Notes under the pieces: model-generated | Databases searched by the model: none | What the model was told of the DNA's origin: nothing | What the model saw: only the letters and a program-made list of their open reading frames with translations | Shown: positions 9,939-18,760 of the stretch, piece by piece | Layout of the letters: each line of letters begins with the position of its first letter | How positions within the stretch are numbered: position 1 is the first letter of the stretch | Made by a program: the position numbers and the translations under genes | Assembly (NCBI GenBank): GCA_002317135.1 | Contig: DCIX01000006.1 | Coordinates: 743 to 64,742, forward strand | Reading direction: 5' to 3' | DNA from: Bacteroidales bacterium UBA1715 | GTDB lineage: Bacteria > Bacteroidota > Bacteroidia > Bacteroidales > UBA1715 | DNA: 64,000 bases

Positions 9939-10202
9939 TGTAATTTGAGTAAGATTTTCGGTATTATGTACTTTAATCTTGTTAAGAAAAGGAAATAACA
10001 TACAAATTGGCAGGAAATAATGCTTTTTGTATGCGACAGGCATAACTTTTATTTTTTAATAAACATACAACAAAGCCTACTGCCAAGATGTATATCATTT
10101 CCTTTTATGATTGAGGAATTTATAGAAAACGAAAGGGTTTATCTACAAGACGAAAGTGGATAATTCCGAAAATCTATAAAAATTATCTTGCTTACGTGAT
10201 TT

Positions 10203-10210
10203 TATATTTG
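10203..10210 (+). promoter_or_regulatory. Candidate -7 promoter element (TAnnTTTG) upstream of nusB
   Basis: TATATTTG lies about 50 nt upstream of the ATG at 10262. Confidence 0.3.
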
Positions 10211-10261
10211 AAAATGATTTTTTTCCAGTATTTTTGTCAACAAATAAATGGTCATTGAGTT

Positions 10262-11224
10262 ATGGAACGAAAAGTAAGTACAATTGGAAGGCACTTAATT
10301 CGAATCAAAGTTCTGCAAATGCTTTATGCATATTATAAAACAGAGAATCCTGATTTCGAGATTTTTTATAAACAATTGGAATCTAGCCTAAAAAAATCGT
10401 ACGAACAGTATCTTATGTTCTTGCTTATTTTAGCAGAACTTCGTAGTTACGCAGAATTGCGCATAACTCAAATACAAGACCGTCAATTAAAAAACGAGGC
10501 TGAATGGAAACGTCTTGTTCGTTTTGCGGAAAACAAAGTCCTAAAACAATTGGAAAACAATGCAGACTTTGTTTCGCTTGTTTCTACCGAAAAACTTTCG
10601 ATTGAGAACTACAAAATTTCGTTCAAAGAAATTTTCAACACAATCATTTCTTCGGAATTCTACGACGAATATTTGTCGTCAGAACAGAATTATGCAACAG
10701 ACAAAGCATTTGTACGCACAATATTAAATCAAGTTGTTGCTGAAACAGAATCATTATTCGATTCTTTTGAAGAATATTCTATTTTCTGGAACGACGACAT
10801 CGACAATATTGTTTCATTTGTTGAGAAAACAATAAAAGGATTCAAAGAAGACAATGACGAAGGTGGTATAATCTACCCTATGTTTGCCGATAAAGACACA
10901 CATGATTTCGGTTATGCACTTTTCACGAAGTCAATAAAACTTAGCGACACGATAAAACCATACATAGACAAAAATCTAAAAAACTGGACTATGGACCGTG
11001 TTGCTGAACTTGACATTATTATAATGCAACAAGGTATTGCAGAAATGATTGCTTTTCCAGAAATTCCGATTCCCGTAACAATGAACGAATACATTGAATT
11101 GGCAAAATGGTATAGCACAGAAAAAAGCGGTCAATTCATTAATGGTGTTATGTATAAGATTTCCGATGATCTTAAAAAAGACGAAATCATCAAGAAAAAA
11201 GGTAAAGGTTTAATTGAAAAATAA
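10262..11224 (+). CDS. nusB: Transcription antitermination factor NusB (long Bacteroidota form)
   Basis: 320 aa. N-terminus has RHLIRIKVLQMLYAYY. The C-terminal NusB core reads WTMDRVAELDIIIMQQGIAEMIAFPEIPIPVTMNEYIELAKWYSTEKSGQFINGVM. Confidence 0.8.
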   Translation: MERKVSTIGRHLIRIKVLQMLYAYYKTENPDFEIFYKQLESSLKKSYEQYLMFLLILAELRSYAELRITQIQDRQLKNEAEWKRLVRFAENKVLKQLENNADFVSLVSTEKLSIENYKISFKEIFNTIISSEFYDEYLSSEQNYATDKAFVRTILNQVVAETESLFDSFEEYSIFWNDDIDNIVSFVEKTIKGFKEDNDEGGIIYPMFADKDTHDFGYALFTKSIKLSDTIKPYIDKNLKNWTMDRVAELDIIIMQQGIAEMIAFPEIPIPVTMNEYIELAKWYSTEKSGQFINGVMYKISDDLKKDEIIKKKGKGLIEK

Positions 11225-11640
11225 TGAAAAAGATTATCTGTGCAGTTTTTGCATTTCTAACAATTTGTGCTGGTTGCAATAATTCAAATTCGAACAAAGA
11301 AGAAGCTAAGTCAACAGATACTGTTGCTGCAATCACATTCGATAGCAAAAACTACCAATTTGGAGAAATTGTTAAAGGTGAAATCGTAGAACACACATAC
11401 ACTTTCACCAATACGGGAACAATAGACCTACAAATCCAAGAAGTTGATCCTTCTTGTGGTTGCACAACTCCAGAATGGACACAAGAACCAATAAAACCTG
11501 GACAAAAAGGAAAAATCCGTGTAAAATTCGATACACAACACCAAAGTTACGGAAACAAACAAAAACAAGTGTCCGTATACTCAAACACAATTCCTTCAAG
11601 AAATATCTTACAGTTTTCGGCTGTAGTCGTTGAAAAATAA
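11224..11640 (+). CDS. DUF1573 domain lipoprotein
   Basis: 138 aa with lipobox ..ICAGC. It carries the DUF1573 hallmark DPSCGCTTPEW. A TAATG overlap joins it to nusB. Confidence 0.75.
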   Translation: MKKIICAVFAFLTICAGCNNSNSNKEEAKSTDTVAAITFDSKNYQFGEIVKGEIVEHTYTFTNTGTIDLQIQEVDPSCGCTTPEWTQEPIKPGQKGKIRVKFDTQHQSYGNKQKQVSVYSNTIPSRNILQFSAVVVEK

Positions 11641-11657
11641 AGTCTAAATTATATCCA

Positions 11658-13109
11658 ATGATTACTTTTATTTCTGCCATACTAGCACTAATTTTAGGAT
11701 ACATTTTCTATGGTGCTTTTGTAGAAAAGATATTCGGAGTTGACGCAAACAAACAAACTCCTGCTTTCACAAAACAAGATGGTGTGGATTTCATTCCTAT
11801 GCCACTATGGAAAATCTTTCTTATTCAATTCCTTAACATAGCAGGAACTGGTCCAATTTTCGGTGCTATTGGTGGAATTTTATTTGGTCCTGCCGCTTAT
11901 TTATGGATTGTTCTTGGTTGTATTTTTGCAGGAGCAAGCCACGACTTTCTTTCAGGAATGATTTCTTTGCGAAAAGGCGGAGCCTCACTACCAGAAATCG
12001 TAGGAGACGAATTAGGAACAGGCGTACGCCAAGTTATGCGTATTTTCTCCCTATTATTAATGGTAATGGTGGGGGCCGTATTCGTAACTACTCCTGCTGG
12101 TTTGCTTTCTGGAATGACAAGCAACTGGGGCGACTTTGTCGGTTCAAAAGAGTTTTGGTGCATTATCATTTTCTGCTACTACCTATTAGCAACATTGCTG
12201 CCAATAGACGCACTTATTGGTAAGATTTATCCTATTTTCGGTGTTGCATTACTAATTATGGCTGCCGGTGTTTGTATAGGCATTTTTACAAACGAAGGGG
12301 CTATGCCAGAAATCACAGATGCTTTCCATACGCACCATCCGAAAGGTCTACCTATTTTCCCATTCCTATTCATCACAATTGCTTGCGGTGCAATTAGCGG
12401 ATTTCACGCGACCCAAAGTCCTATGATGGCTCGTTGTCTTCCTAACGAAAAACATGGTAGAATCGCCTTTTACGGTGCAATGATTACCGAAGGTTTTGTT
12501 GCACTTATTTGGGCTGCCGCTGCCATTAAATACGCTGGTGGTACCTCCGAAGCATTGGCAGGAAAAATGAGTGGAAACCCTGCTACAATAGTAAACTTTA
12601 TCTGTAATGACTGGATGGGACGAATCGGTGCTATTCTTGCCATTTTAGGCGTTGTCGCCGCTCCTATTACTTCTGGCGACACTGCCCTTCGCTCTGCACG
12701 ACTTATCACGGCCGACATTCTTAACTTTCCACAAAACACAGTATTGAAAAGAATCGCAGTTTCTGTTCCTCTTTTCATAATCTCAGCAATCCTAATGTTG
12801 ATTGATTTTGATGTTCTTTGGAGATACTTCGGATGGTTCAACCAAACATTGTCAATATTCACTTTGTGGGCTATCACCGTTTATCTTTACAGAAACAACA
12901 AATGTTTCTATATAACATTGATACCAGCAATCTTTATGACAGCTGTTTGCAGTACATATATTACAATGGCTCCTGAAGGTTTTGGTTGCACTGCGGTAAT
13001 CGGATATTCTGTTGGTGCATTATTCACGATTGCATTGTCAACAGTTACCATTCTTTATATGCGTAAACGCAAAAATCAAATTGACATTTACAATGGAAAT
13101 GCACTCTAA
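11658..13109 (+). CDS. cstA: Carbon starvation protein CstA-family transporter
   Basis: 483 aa, polytopic. The N-terminal segment DGVDFIPMPLWKIFLIQFLNIAGTGPIFGAIGG resembles the CstA signature (HHFAAIAGAGPLVGP). Confidence 0.7.
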   Translation: MITFISAILALILGYIFYGAFVEKIFGVDANKQTPAFTKQDGVDFIPMPLWKIFLIQFLNIAGTGPIFGAIGGILFGPAAYLWIVLGCIFAGASHDFLSGMISLRKGGASLPEIVGDELGTGVRQVMRIFSLLLMVMVGAVFVTTPAGLLSGMTSNWGDFVGSKEFWCIIIFCYYLLATLLPIDALIGKIYPIFGVALLIMAAGVCIGIFTNEGAMPEITDAFHTHHPKGLPIFPFLFITIACGAISGFHATQSPMMARCLPNEKHGRIAFYGAMITEGFVALIWAAAAIKYAGGTSEALAGKMSGNPATIVNFICNDWMGRIGAILAILGVVAAPITSGDTALRSARLITADILNFPQNTVLKRIAVSVPLFIISAILMLIDFDVLWRYFGWFNQTLSIFTLWAITVYLYRNNKCFYITLIPAIFMTAVCSTYITMAPEGFGCTAVIGYSVGALFTIALSTVTILYMRKRKNQIDIYNGNAL

Positions 13110-13818
13110 AGTACAAGAATACTTACAAAAAACTGGCTACAAGTCTTTTACGCCAAAAGCATTTCTATTCGATATGGACGGAGTTCTATTCGACTCTATG
13201 CCATTTCATGCAAAAGCTTGGAAACAAGCCCTTGCAAACGTCGGTGTTGAATTTGACGAATATACAGTTTACCTAAACGAAGGAAGAACTGGCAAATCTA
13301 CTGTAAACGAAGCATTTGCAAGCCAATTAGGTAGAGAAGCGACAGACGAAGAAATTAAGAACATCTACGAAGATAAAGCGAATATTTTTATGTCTATCGC
13401 TAAAACGCAACCAATGCCATTTGCAAAAGAAGTGTTGGAACAATTAGCACAACTTGGAAAGAAAATTGTACTCGTTACGGGTAGCGGACAAAAAAGCCTT
13501 CTTTCTAAACTAAACGAAACATATCCTACCATATTTTCTCCCGAAAACATGGTTACATCGTTTGATGTTCAATATGGAAAACCTCATCCAGAACCATATT
13601 TAATGGGACTACAAAAAGCTGGCGTAAATCCTAATGAAGCTATAGTTATTGAGAATGCTCCACTTGGCGTACATGCAGGCGTTGCGGCAAACATTTTCAC
13701 TATCGCTCTCAATACAGGAATTCTAAAAGACGAAGTACTTGCTGCCGAAGGTGCAAACATCATATTGCCTTCAATGAAAGCATTTTACGAAAACTTACCT
13801 GAGATATTAAACTTGTAA
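13093..13818 (+). CDS. HAD-superfamily hydrolase (beta-phosphoglucomutase-like subfamily IA)
   Basis: Motif I is FLFDMDGVLFDS, motif II is LVTGSG, and a later K...ENAPLGVHAG is present. The start was moved to the ATG at 13093 (MEMHSKV), because the track ORF start at 13012 lies deep inside cstA. Confidence 0.8.
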   Translation: MEMHSKVQEYLQKTGYKSFTPKAFLFDMDGVLFDSMPFHAKAWKQALANVGVEFDEYTVYLNEGRTGKSTVNEAFASQLGREATDEEIKNIYEDKANIFMSIAKTQPMPFAKEVLEQLAQLGKKIVLVTGSGQKSLLSKLNETYPTIFSPENMVTSFDVQYGKPHPEPYLMGLQKAGVNPNEAIVIENAPLGVHAGVAANIFTIALNTGILKDEVLAAEGANIILPSMKAFYENLPEILNL

Positions 13819-13820
13819 TT

Positions 13821-16064
13821 ATGCAAGAATATATAGAAGTTATCGGTGCTAACGAAAACAACCTAAAAAACATTTCACTTCGTATTCCGAAAAAACAAAT
13901 CACAATTGTTACCGGACTTTCCGGCTCTGGAAAGTCATCGTTAGTACTCGATACCATTGCCGCAAAATCACGAAGAGAACTAAACGACACTTTTCCTTCT
14001 TTTGTACAACAATATCTTCCTAAATACGGAAGACCACATGTAGAACGTATTGAAAATCTGCCTATTGCAATTGTAATAGAACAAAGAAAACCAACAACAA
14101 ATTCTCGTTCAACAGTTGGTACATACACCGATATTTATGCGTTATTGCGATTATTATTTTCTCGCATAGGCAAACCATTTGTCGGCTATTCCGATTCTTT
14201 TTCATTCAATCATCCTTCGGGTAGCTGTCCACGCTGCTCTGGTTTAGGAGAAATTCGCGAACTTGACATACATAAGTTAGTCGATTTCAATAAATCGCTA
14301 AACGACGAAGACACAATCCATTACATAGCATTTGGGAAAGGCGGTTGGCGCTGGATCCGCTATGCACACAGCGGTCTATTCGACTTGGATAAAAAAATAA
14401 AAGACTATTCCCCAGAAGAGTTGGAATTGTTCTTGAATTCACCACAAATCAAACTGAAAAATCCACCACACAATTGGCCCAAAAGTGCAAAATACGAAGG
14501 ACTAATTCCTCGTATGTACCGAAGCATCATCAACTCCGAAGAAGGATTGCTGCACGCAAAAGTTTTGGATCCAATGCTACGAATGGGAACTTGCCCAGAC
14601 TGTAAAGGTTCCCGATTGAACGAAACCATACGCTCTTGTAAAATCCAAGGACTCAACATTGCAGATGTTTGTAGAATGTCTATTACCGAAGCAAAATCGT
14701 GGATAGAATCTATCACCGACAAACTTGCAGAAGACATTAAACGAAATGTTTCCGAAAGACTTTCCGCATTGGAAGAAATTGGTCTTGGTTATCTCACTTT
14801 AGACCGAGCAATCGGTACCCTTTCGGGCGGAGAAGCTCAACGATGCAAAATTGCAAAGTACATAAACTCATCACTTTCCGATGTTCTATATATCCTTGAC
14901 GAGCCAAGTGTCGGTTTACATAATCACGATATTTTATTGATGCAAAAATCCGTACAAAAGCTTAAGGCCAACGGGAACACGGTAATTTTAGTCGAGCATC
15001 ATAAAAATATGATAGAAATTGCCGACCATATCATCGATATGGGACCAGGTGCAGGAGCAAACGGTGGAACTATCTTATTTGAAGGTAATTACAAGGACTT
15101 ATTACAAAGTGAGACTCTAACTGGCTCAATGTTGCAATCAACAAAACAAATAAAGAAGGCTTTTAAAACACCTTCCAATTGGTTCACGTTGGAACATGCT
15201 CAAGTGCACAACTTAAAAGATGTAACGACAAAACTTCCACTTGGTATTATGACCGTAATTGCCGGTGTTGCCGGATCTGGGAAATCGTCACTAATGGAAG
15301 CGTTCCGTTTACAATACCCACAGCCAGAAGATATTGTTTATATTAGTCAGAAAAACATTGGCATAAGTTTACGCTCAACTCCTGCCACTTATTTAGAAAT
15401 TGCCGATGACATTCGTAAAGTTTTTGCTAAAGCAAATAAGTGTAAAGCAGAGATGTTTTCATTTAACGGGAAAGGCGGATGTCCTGTTTGCCAAGGGAAA
15501 GGCGTCATCGTATCGGATATGGCATTTATGGACTCTATCGAAACAACCTGCGAAGCCTGTGGTGGTTTACGCTACTCCAACGATGTATTACAATTTAAAC
15601 TACAAGACAAGAATATTGCCGAAGTAATGGATTTAAGTGCCGAAAAAGCATATTCATTCTTCGCTAACACAATTATAGCAGAAAAGATTGAACCATTGCT
15701 AAAAGTTGGTTTGGGCTATATTCATTTAAATCAGTCGTTATCAACACTTTCTGGTGGAGAATTACAACGAATTAAATTAGCTTCATTCCTTCGAGAAAAA
15801 GGCAAAATATTCATTCTCGACGAGCCAACCGACGGACTACATCTCAAAAACATAGACCAATTAATTGCACTTTTCGAAACAATGATTTCGGCAGGAAATA
15901 CAATCTTTCTCATCGAACACAATATTGAGGTAATGAAATCAGCCGATTATATAATAGAACTTGGGCCAAGCGGTGGGAACAAAGGCGGGGAAATTCTTTT
16001 CTCTGGAACTCCAGCAGAAATGGTACAATCAAGCAAATCAATAACTGCCCCTTATTTACAATAA
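13821..16064 (+). CDS. UvrA-like ABC ATPase (short excinuclease A paralogue)
   Basis: 747 aa. Walker A motifs are GLSGSGKSSL and GVAGSGKSSL. ABC signatures are LSGGEAQR and LSGGELQR. Zinc modules are CPRCSGLGE, CPDCKGSR and CPVCQGKG..CEACGG. It is shorter than canonical UvrA. Confidence 0.85.
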   Translation: MQEYIEVIGANENNLKNISLRIPKKQITIVTGLSGSGKSSLVLDTIAAKSRRELNDTFPSFVQQYLPKYGRPHVERIENLPIAIVIEQRKPTTNSRSTVGTYTDIYALLRLLFSRIGKPFVGYSDSFSFNHPSGSCPRCSGLGEIRELDIHKLVDFNKSLNDEDTIHYIAFGKGGWRWIRYAHSGLFDLDKKIKDYSPEELELFLNSPQIKLKNPPHNWPKSAKYEGLIPRMYRSIINSEEGLLHAKVLDPMLRMGTCPDCKGSRLNETIRSCKIQGLNIADVCRMSITEAKSWIESITDKLAEDIKRNVSERLSALEEIGLGYLTLDRAIGTLSGGEAQRCKIAKYINSSLSDVLYILDEPSVGLHNHDILLMQKSVQKLKANGNTVILVEHHKNMIEIADHIIDMGPGAGANGGTILFEGNYKDLLQSETLTGSMLQSTKQIKKAFKTPSNWFTLEHAQVHNLKDVTTKLPLGIMTVIAGVAGSGKSSLMEAFRLQYPQPEDIVYISQKNIGISLRSTPATYLEIADDIRKVFAKANKCKAEMFSFNGKGGCPVCQGKGVIVSDMAFMDSIETTCEACGGLRYSNDVLQFKLQDKNIAEVMDLSAEKAYSFFANTIIAEKIEPLLKVGLGYIHLNQSLSTLSGGELQRIKLASFLREKGKIFILDEPTDGLHLKNIDQLIALFETMISAGNTIFLIEHNIEVMKSADYIIELGPSGGNKGGEILFSGTPAEMVQSSKSITAPYLQ

Positions 16065-16150
16065 ACTGTTTTTTTGTTTTAGATTATAACCAGAAAACTT
16101 CCCTTTACGAAAAAGTTGAATGAATTATACTCTTTTACAATGAAAAATCA

Positions 16151-16158
16151 TATATTTG
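16151..16158 (+). promoter_or_regulatory. Candidate -7 promoter element (TAnnTTTG)
   Basis: TATATTTG lies 14 nt upstream of the TTG start at 16172. Confidence 0.3.
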
Positions 16159-16171
16159 CGAAAAGACTATT

Positions 16172-16963
16172 TTGAAAAAACAAGTTACATATTATTCGTT
16201 GTTGGCAATGTTATTTACAATGTGCCTATTTGCTTTCTGTAGTTGCACGCCCAACGAAAACGAAAAACTAATTGTAACACGAAAAGACTCTACCTCATAT
16301 AGTTTGGGAGTTGCATTTGCGAAAAAAATCCCTCAAAATCTTACCGACAACAAAATTGAATCTGTTGATTTTGACTATTTTATCCAAGGTATTTACGACT
16401 ATTTTGATTCTACAACAAAAGTAAAACTCTCGGAAGAGGAAATTGAACGCATTGTGAGTGCAGTATTCCAAAAACAATTCAAAGAAGAGCAACAAGCATT
16501 TATACAAGAAAACGAGCCAAACATAGCAAAAGGAGACACTTATCTTTCTACAAACAAAAAGAATAGTGATATCGTTGAAATCAAACCTGGACTACAGTAC
16601 AAAATTGTTGATTTAGGTTGGGGAAAACTTTCTCCTTTAGTAACAGATACGATATTCATCACTTTCAAGGTTTATAACACTAACAATAAACTAGTTTATA
16701 ATTCTGACCTATTGAAAATTTACTTAGGTTCAGCAATTCCTGCATTACAAGAAGTTCTTCCGCACATAAAAACTGGCGGTAATGTAAAAATATTCACATC
16801 ACACGAATATGCCTATGGTTCAACCGTTTACAAACAAGATTTAGTAAAACCATACGAGGCATTGATTTTTGATGTAACGCTTAAGAAAATAAAATTGAAT
16901 TCTGAGCGTTTAGCAGAGTACAATAGACTTGTACAATTAGACTCGTTAAAAACAAATAATTAA
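16172..16963 (+). CDS. FKBP-type peptidyl-prolyl cis-trans isomerase, lipoprotein (FkpA/Mip-like)
   Basis: 263 aa with a TTG start as in the track. Signal/lipobox is ..FAFCSC. It has an N-terminal FKBP_N-like helix region and a C-terminal FKBP domain (GLQYKIVDLGWG...HEYAYG...LIFDVTL). Confidence 0.8.
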   Translation: MKKQVTYYSLLAMLFTMCLFAFCSCTPNENEKLIVTRKDSTSYSLGVAFAKKIPQNLTDNKIESVDFDYFIQGIYDYFDSTTKVKLSEEEIERIVSAVFQKQFKEEQQAFIQENEPNIAKGDTYLSTNKKNSDIVEIKPGLQYKIVDLGWGKLSPLVTDTIFITFKVYNTNNKLVYNSDLLKIYLGSAIPALQEVLPHIKTGGNVKIFTSHEYAYGSTVYKQDLVKPYEALIFDVTLKKIKLNSERLAEYNRLVQLDSLKTNN

Positions 16964-16974
16964 ATACAATTCAA

Positions 16975-17718
16975 ATGAAATCATTTATCAAAACAGCGGG
17001 AATACTTTGCTTGGCAGCAACTTTATTCTCTTGTAATAACAAAAAAGACGTAAAACTTGAAACACTAGAAGATAGCGCTAGTTTCGTACTTGGTTTCCAA
17101 AGTGCTGCTATGTGGGCACAACGCGGTGTTGACACTATCAATTCAGATGCGTTCCAAGCTGGTTACAACGCATTCGATATTGATGAACAAGCAATGCCTC
17201 TAGGTATGGAACAAGAAGAATATATGAGTCTTATGCAACGCTTCAGCGAAGTTCTTCAAAATCGATATCTAGAAAAATTCAAACCAAATATCGAAAAAGG
17301 AGAAAAATTCTTGGCTGAAAACAAAGCAAAAGCTGGCGTAATCACTACAGCAAGCGGACTTCAATATGAAATAACAAAAGAAGGAACAGGTGTAAAACCA
17401 AGTTTATATGATACTATTTATGTAAACTACACAGGTACACTACTAGACGGAACTACATTTGATAGTTCTGCAGGCACTCCTATCGCACTACCTCTTATTC
17501 CTGGTGCACTTATCCAAGGATGGATAGAAGCATTCCCATTGTTAGCAACAGGAACAACAGCAAAATTGTACATTCCATACGATCTTGCTTATGGCGAAGA
17601 AGGTAATCAAGCTATTCAACCATTCTCTACACTTATTTTTGATGTAGAACTAGTTAAAGTTGTAAAAGGTAAAGCTCCTGAACAACCACAAGGAATGCCT
17701 CAATTCGAGATTCAATAA
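16975..17718 (+). CDS. FKBP-type peptidyl-prolyl cis-trans isomerase (FklB/Mip-like)
   Basis: 247 aa with lipobox LFSC. The FKBP core reads SGLQYEITKEGTG...VNYTGTLLDGTTFDSS...GWIEAF...LYIPYDLAYGE...LIFDVELV. Confidence 0.9.
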   Translation: MKSFIKTAGILCLAATLFSCNNKKDVKLETLEDSASFVLGFQSAAMWAQRGVDTINSDAFQAGYNAFDIDEQAMPLGMEQEEYMSLMQRFSEVLQNRYLEKFKPNIEKGEKFLAENKAKAGVITTASGLQYEITKEGTGVKPSLYDTIYVNYTGTLLDGTTFDSSAGTPIALPLIPGALIQGWIEAFPLLATGTTAKLYIPYDLAYGEEGNQAIQPFSTLIFDVELVKVVKGKAPEQPQGMPQFEIQ

Positions 17719-17740
17719 GAAAAACTTGACAAAAACCTTA

Positions 17741-17772
17741 AAGTTCGTATGTTTATGCATACGAACTTTTTT
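17741..17772 (+). terminator. Rho-independent terminator candidate
   Basis: An 11-bp stem (aagttcgtatg / catacgaactt) with a 6-nt loop, followed by a T-run. Confidence 0.6.
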
Positions 17773-17819
17773 ATGTTTAGTAAAACCTATATAACAAGAT
17801 TCAGCAGTATCACAAGAAG

Positions 17820-18176
17820 ATGAAAAAAATTGTATTCTTTGCTAGTTTACTTTGTTTGTTTTCTTGCTCAAAGGAAATCAAAGATGGACCACATATTTAT
17901 TTCAGCAATTTGGCATCCATTCCAGATACAATTGAAGCAAAAACAATTGTTCCATTTGACATAACAGCCATAGGTAACGGATATAAAGTTACTCGTGCAC
18001 AGTTGTTCGTAAACAAAACAGAATTTTTCGACACAAGCTTTTCTGCAAAGGATTCCATCAACATACATTGGGAAATGGATTTTTCTGGACGAACGAGAAC
18101 GCAAAATATCACAATCCAAGCAACTGACGAAAACGAAATGATTGCAACACAAACATTGAAACTATTCGTAAAATGA
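17820..18176 (+). CDS. Small lipoprotein, unknown function
   Basis: 118 aa with lipobox LFSCS. It has a 4-nt ATGA overlap with the next FKBP gene. Confidence 0.6.
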   Translation: MKKIVFFASLLCLFSCSKEIKDGPHIYFSNLASIPDTIEAKTIVPFDITAIGNGYKVTRAQLFVNKTEFFDTSFSAKDSINIHWEMDFSGRTRTQNITIQATDENEMIATQTLKLFVK

Positions 18177-18709
18177 GAGAAAAAAACATTCTATACATAC
18201 TACTTTGCTTACTGTGTTTCTTGAGTTGCCAGAACAAACCAAAGAAAGTCATTACCGCCGAAGATATCCGCAAATACGAGGAAAGGAATATTGAAATAAA
18301 TAAAGAAATTGTCAAATTAAAACAGGACACTATTCAACAATATATAAAAGACCACAATCTCTCTATGGAAAAATCAGGAAGTGGTTTGTGGTACTCTATC
18401 AAGCGTAGCAACGATACAACGACAATAAAAACTGGTGATCTTGTAAAAATAGCCTATACCGTAACACTGCTAAACGGAAAATTCTGCTATTCATCAGATT
18501 CAACTGGGCAAAAAGAATTTAAAGTTGGACAAGGCGGTGTAGAATCAGGACTAGAGGAAGCGATCTTGCTTATGCATAAAGGAGATACTGCAAACCTAAT
18601 TATACCACCACATCTTGCTTATGGTCTAATTGGTGACCAAAACAAGATTCCAGTGTTAGCAATTCTCAATTACAAAGTCATTGTAACAAATCATTTACCT
18701 AAAAAATAA
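18173..18709 (+). CDS. FKBP-type PPIase lipoprotein, GldI-like
   Basis: 178 aa with lipobox FLSCQ. The FKBP core reads GDLVKIAYTVTLLNGKFCYSS...FKVGQGGVESGLEEAILLMHKGDTANLIIPPHLAYG. Its size, lipoprotein nature and FKBP-gene neighbourhood resemble Flavobacterium johnsoniae GldI. The GldI assignment itself is tentative. Confidence 0.8.
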   Translation: MREKNILYILLCLLCFLSCQNKPKKVITAEDIRKYEERNIEINKEIVKLKQDTIQQYIKDHNLSMEKSGSGLWYSIKRSNDTTTIKTGDLVKIAYTVTLLNGKFCYSSDSTGQKEFKVGQGGVESGLEEAILLMHKGDTANLIIPPHLAYGLIGDQNKIPVLAILNYKVIVTNHLPKK

Positions 18710-18731
18710 CCAAAACACATAAATATATTTT

Positions 18732-18739
18732 TACTTTTG
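18732..18739 (+). promoter_or_regulatory. Candidate -7 promoter element (TAnnTTTG) upstream of clpX
   Basis: TACTTTTG lies 22 nt upstream of the ATG at 18761. Confidence 0.4.
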
Positions 18740-18760
18740 CACCATTAACAAGAATTTTCT

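Noticed and set aside
12470-12877. 135-aa minus-strand ORF inside cstA. Similar antisense or alternate-frame ORFs occur at 11903-12223, 13760-14128, 23359-23736, 50168-50524, 51503-51874, 53744-54076 and 54134-54478.
   Set aside because: All are nested in CDSs with clear family motifs on the other strand or frame. I recognise no motifs in them. They are typical shadow ORFs.
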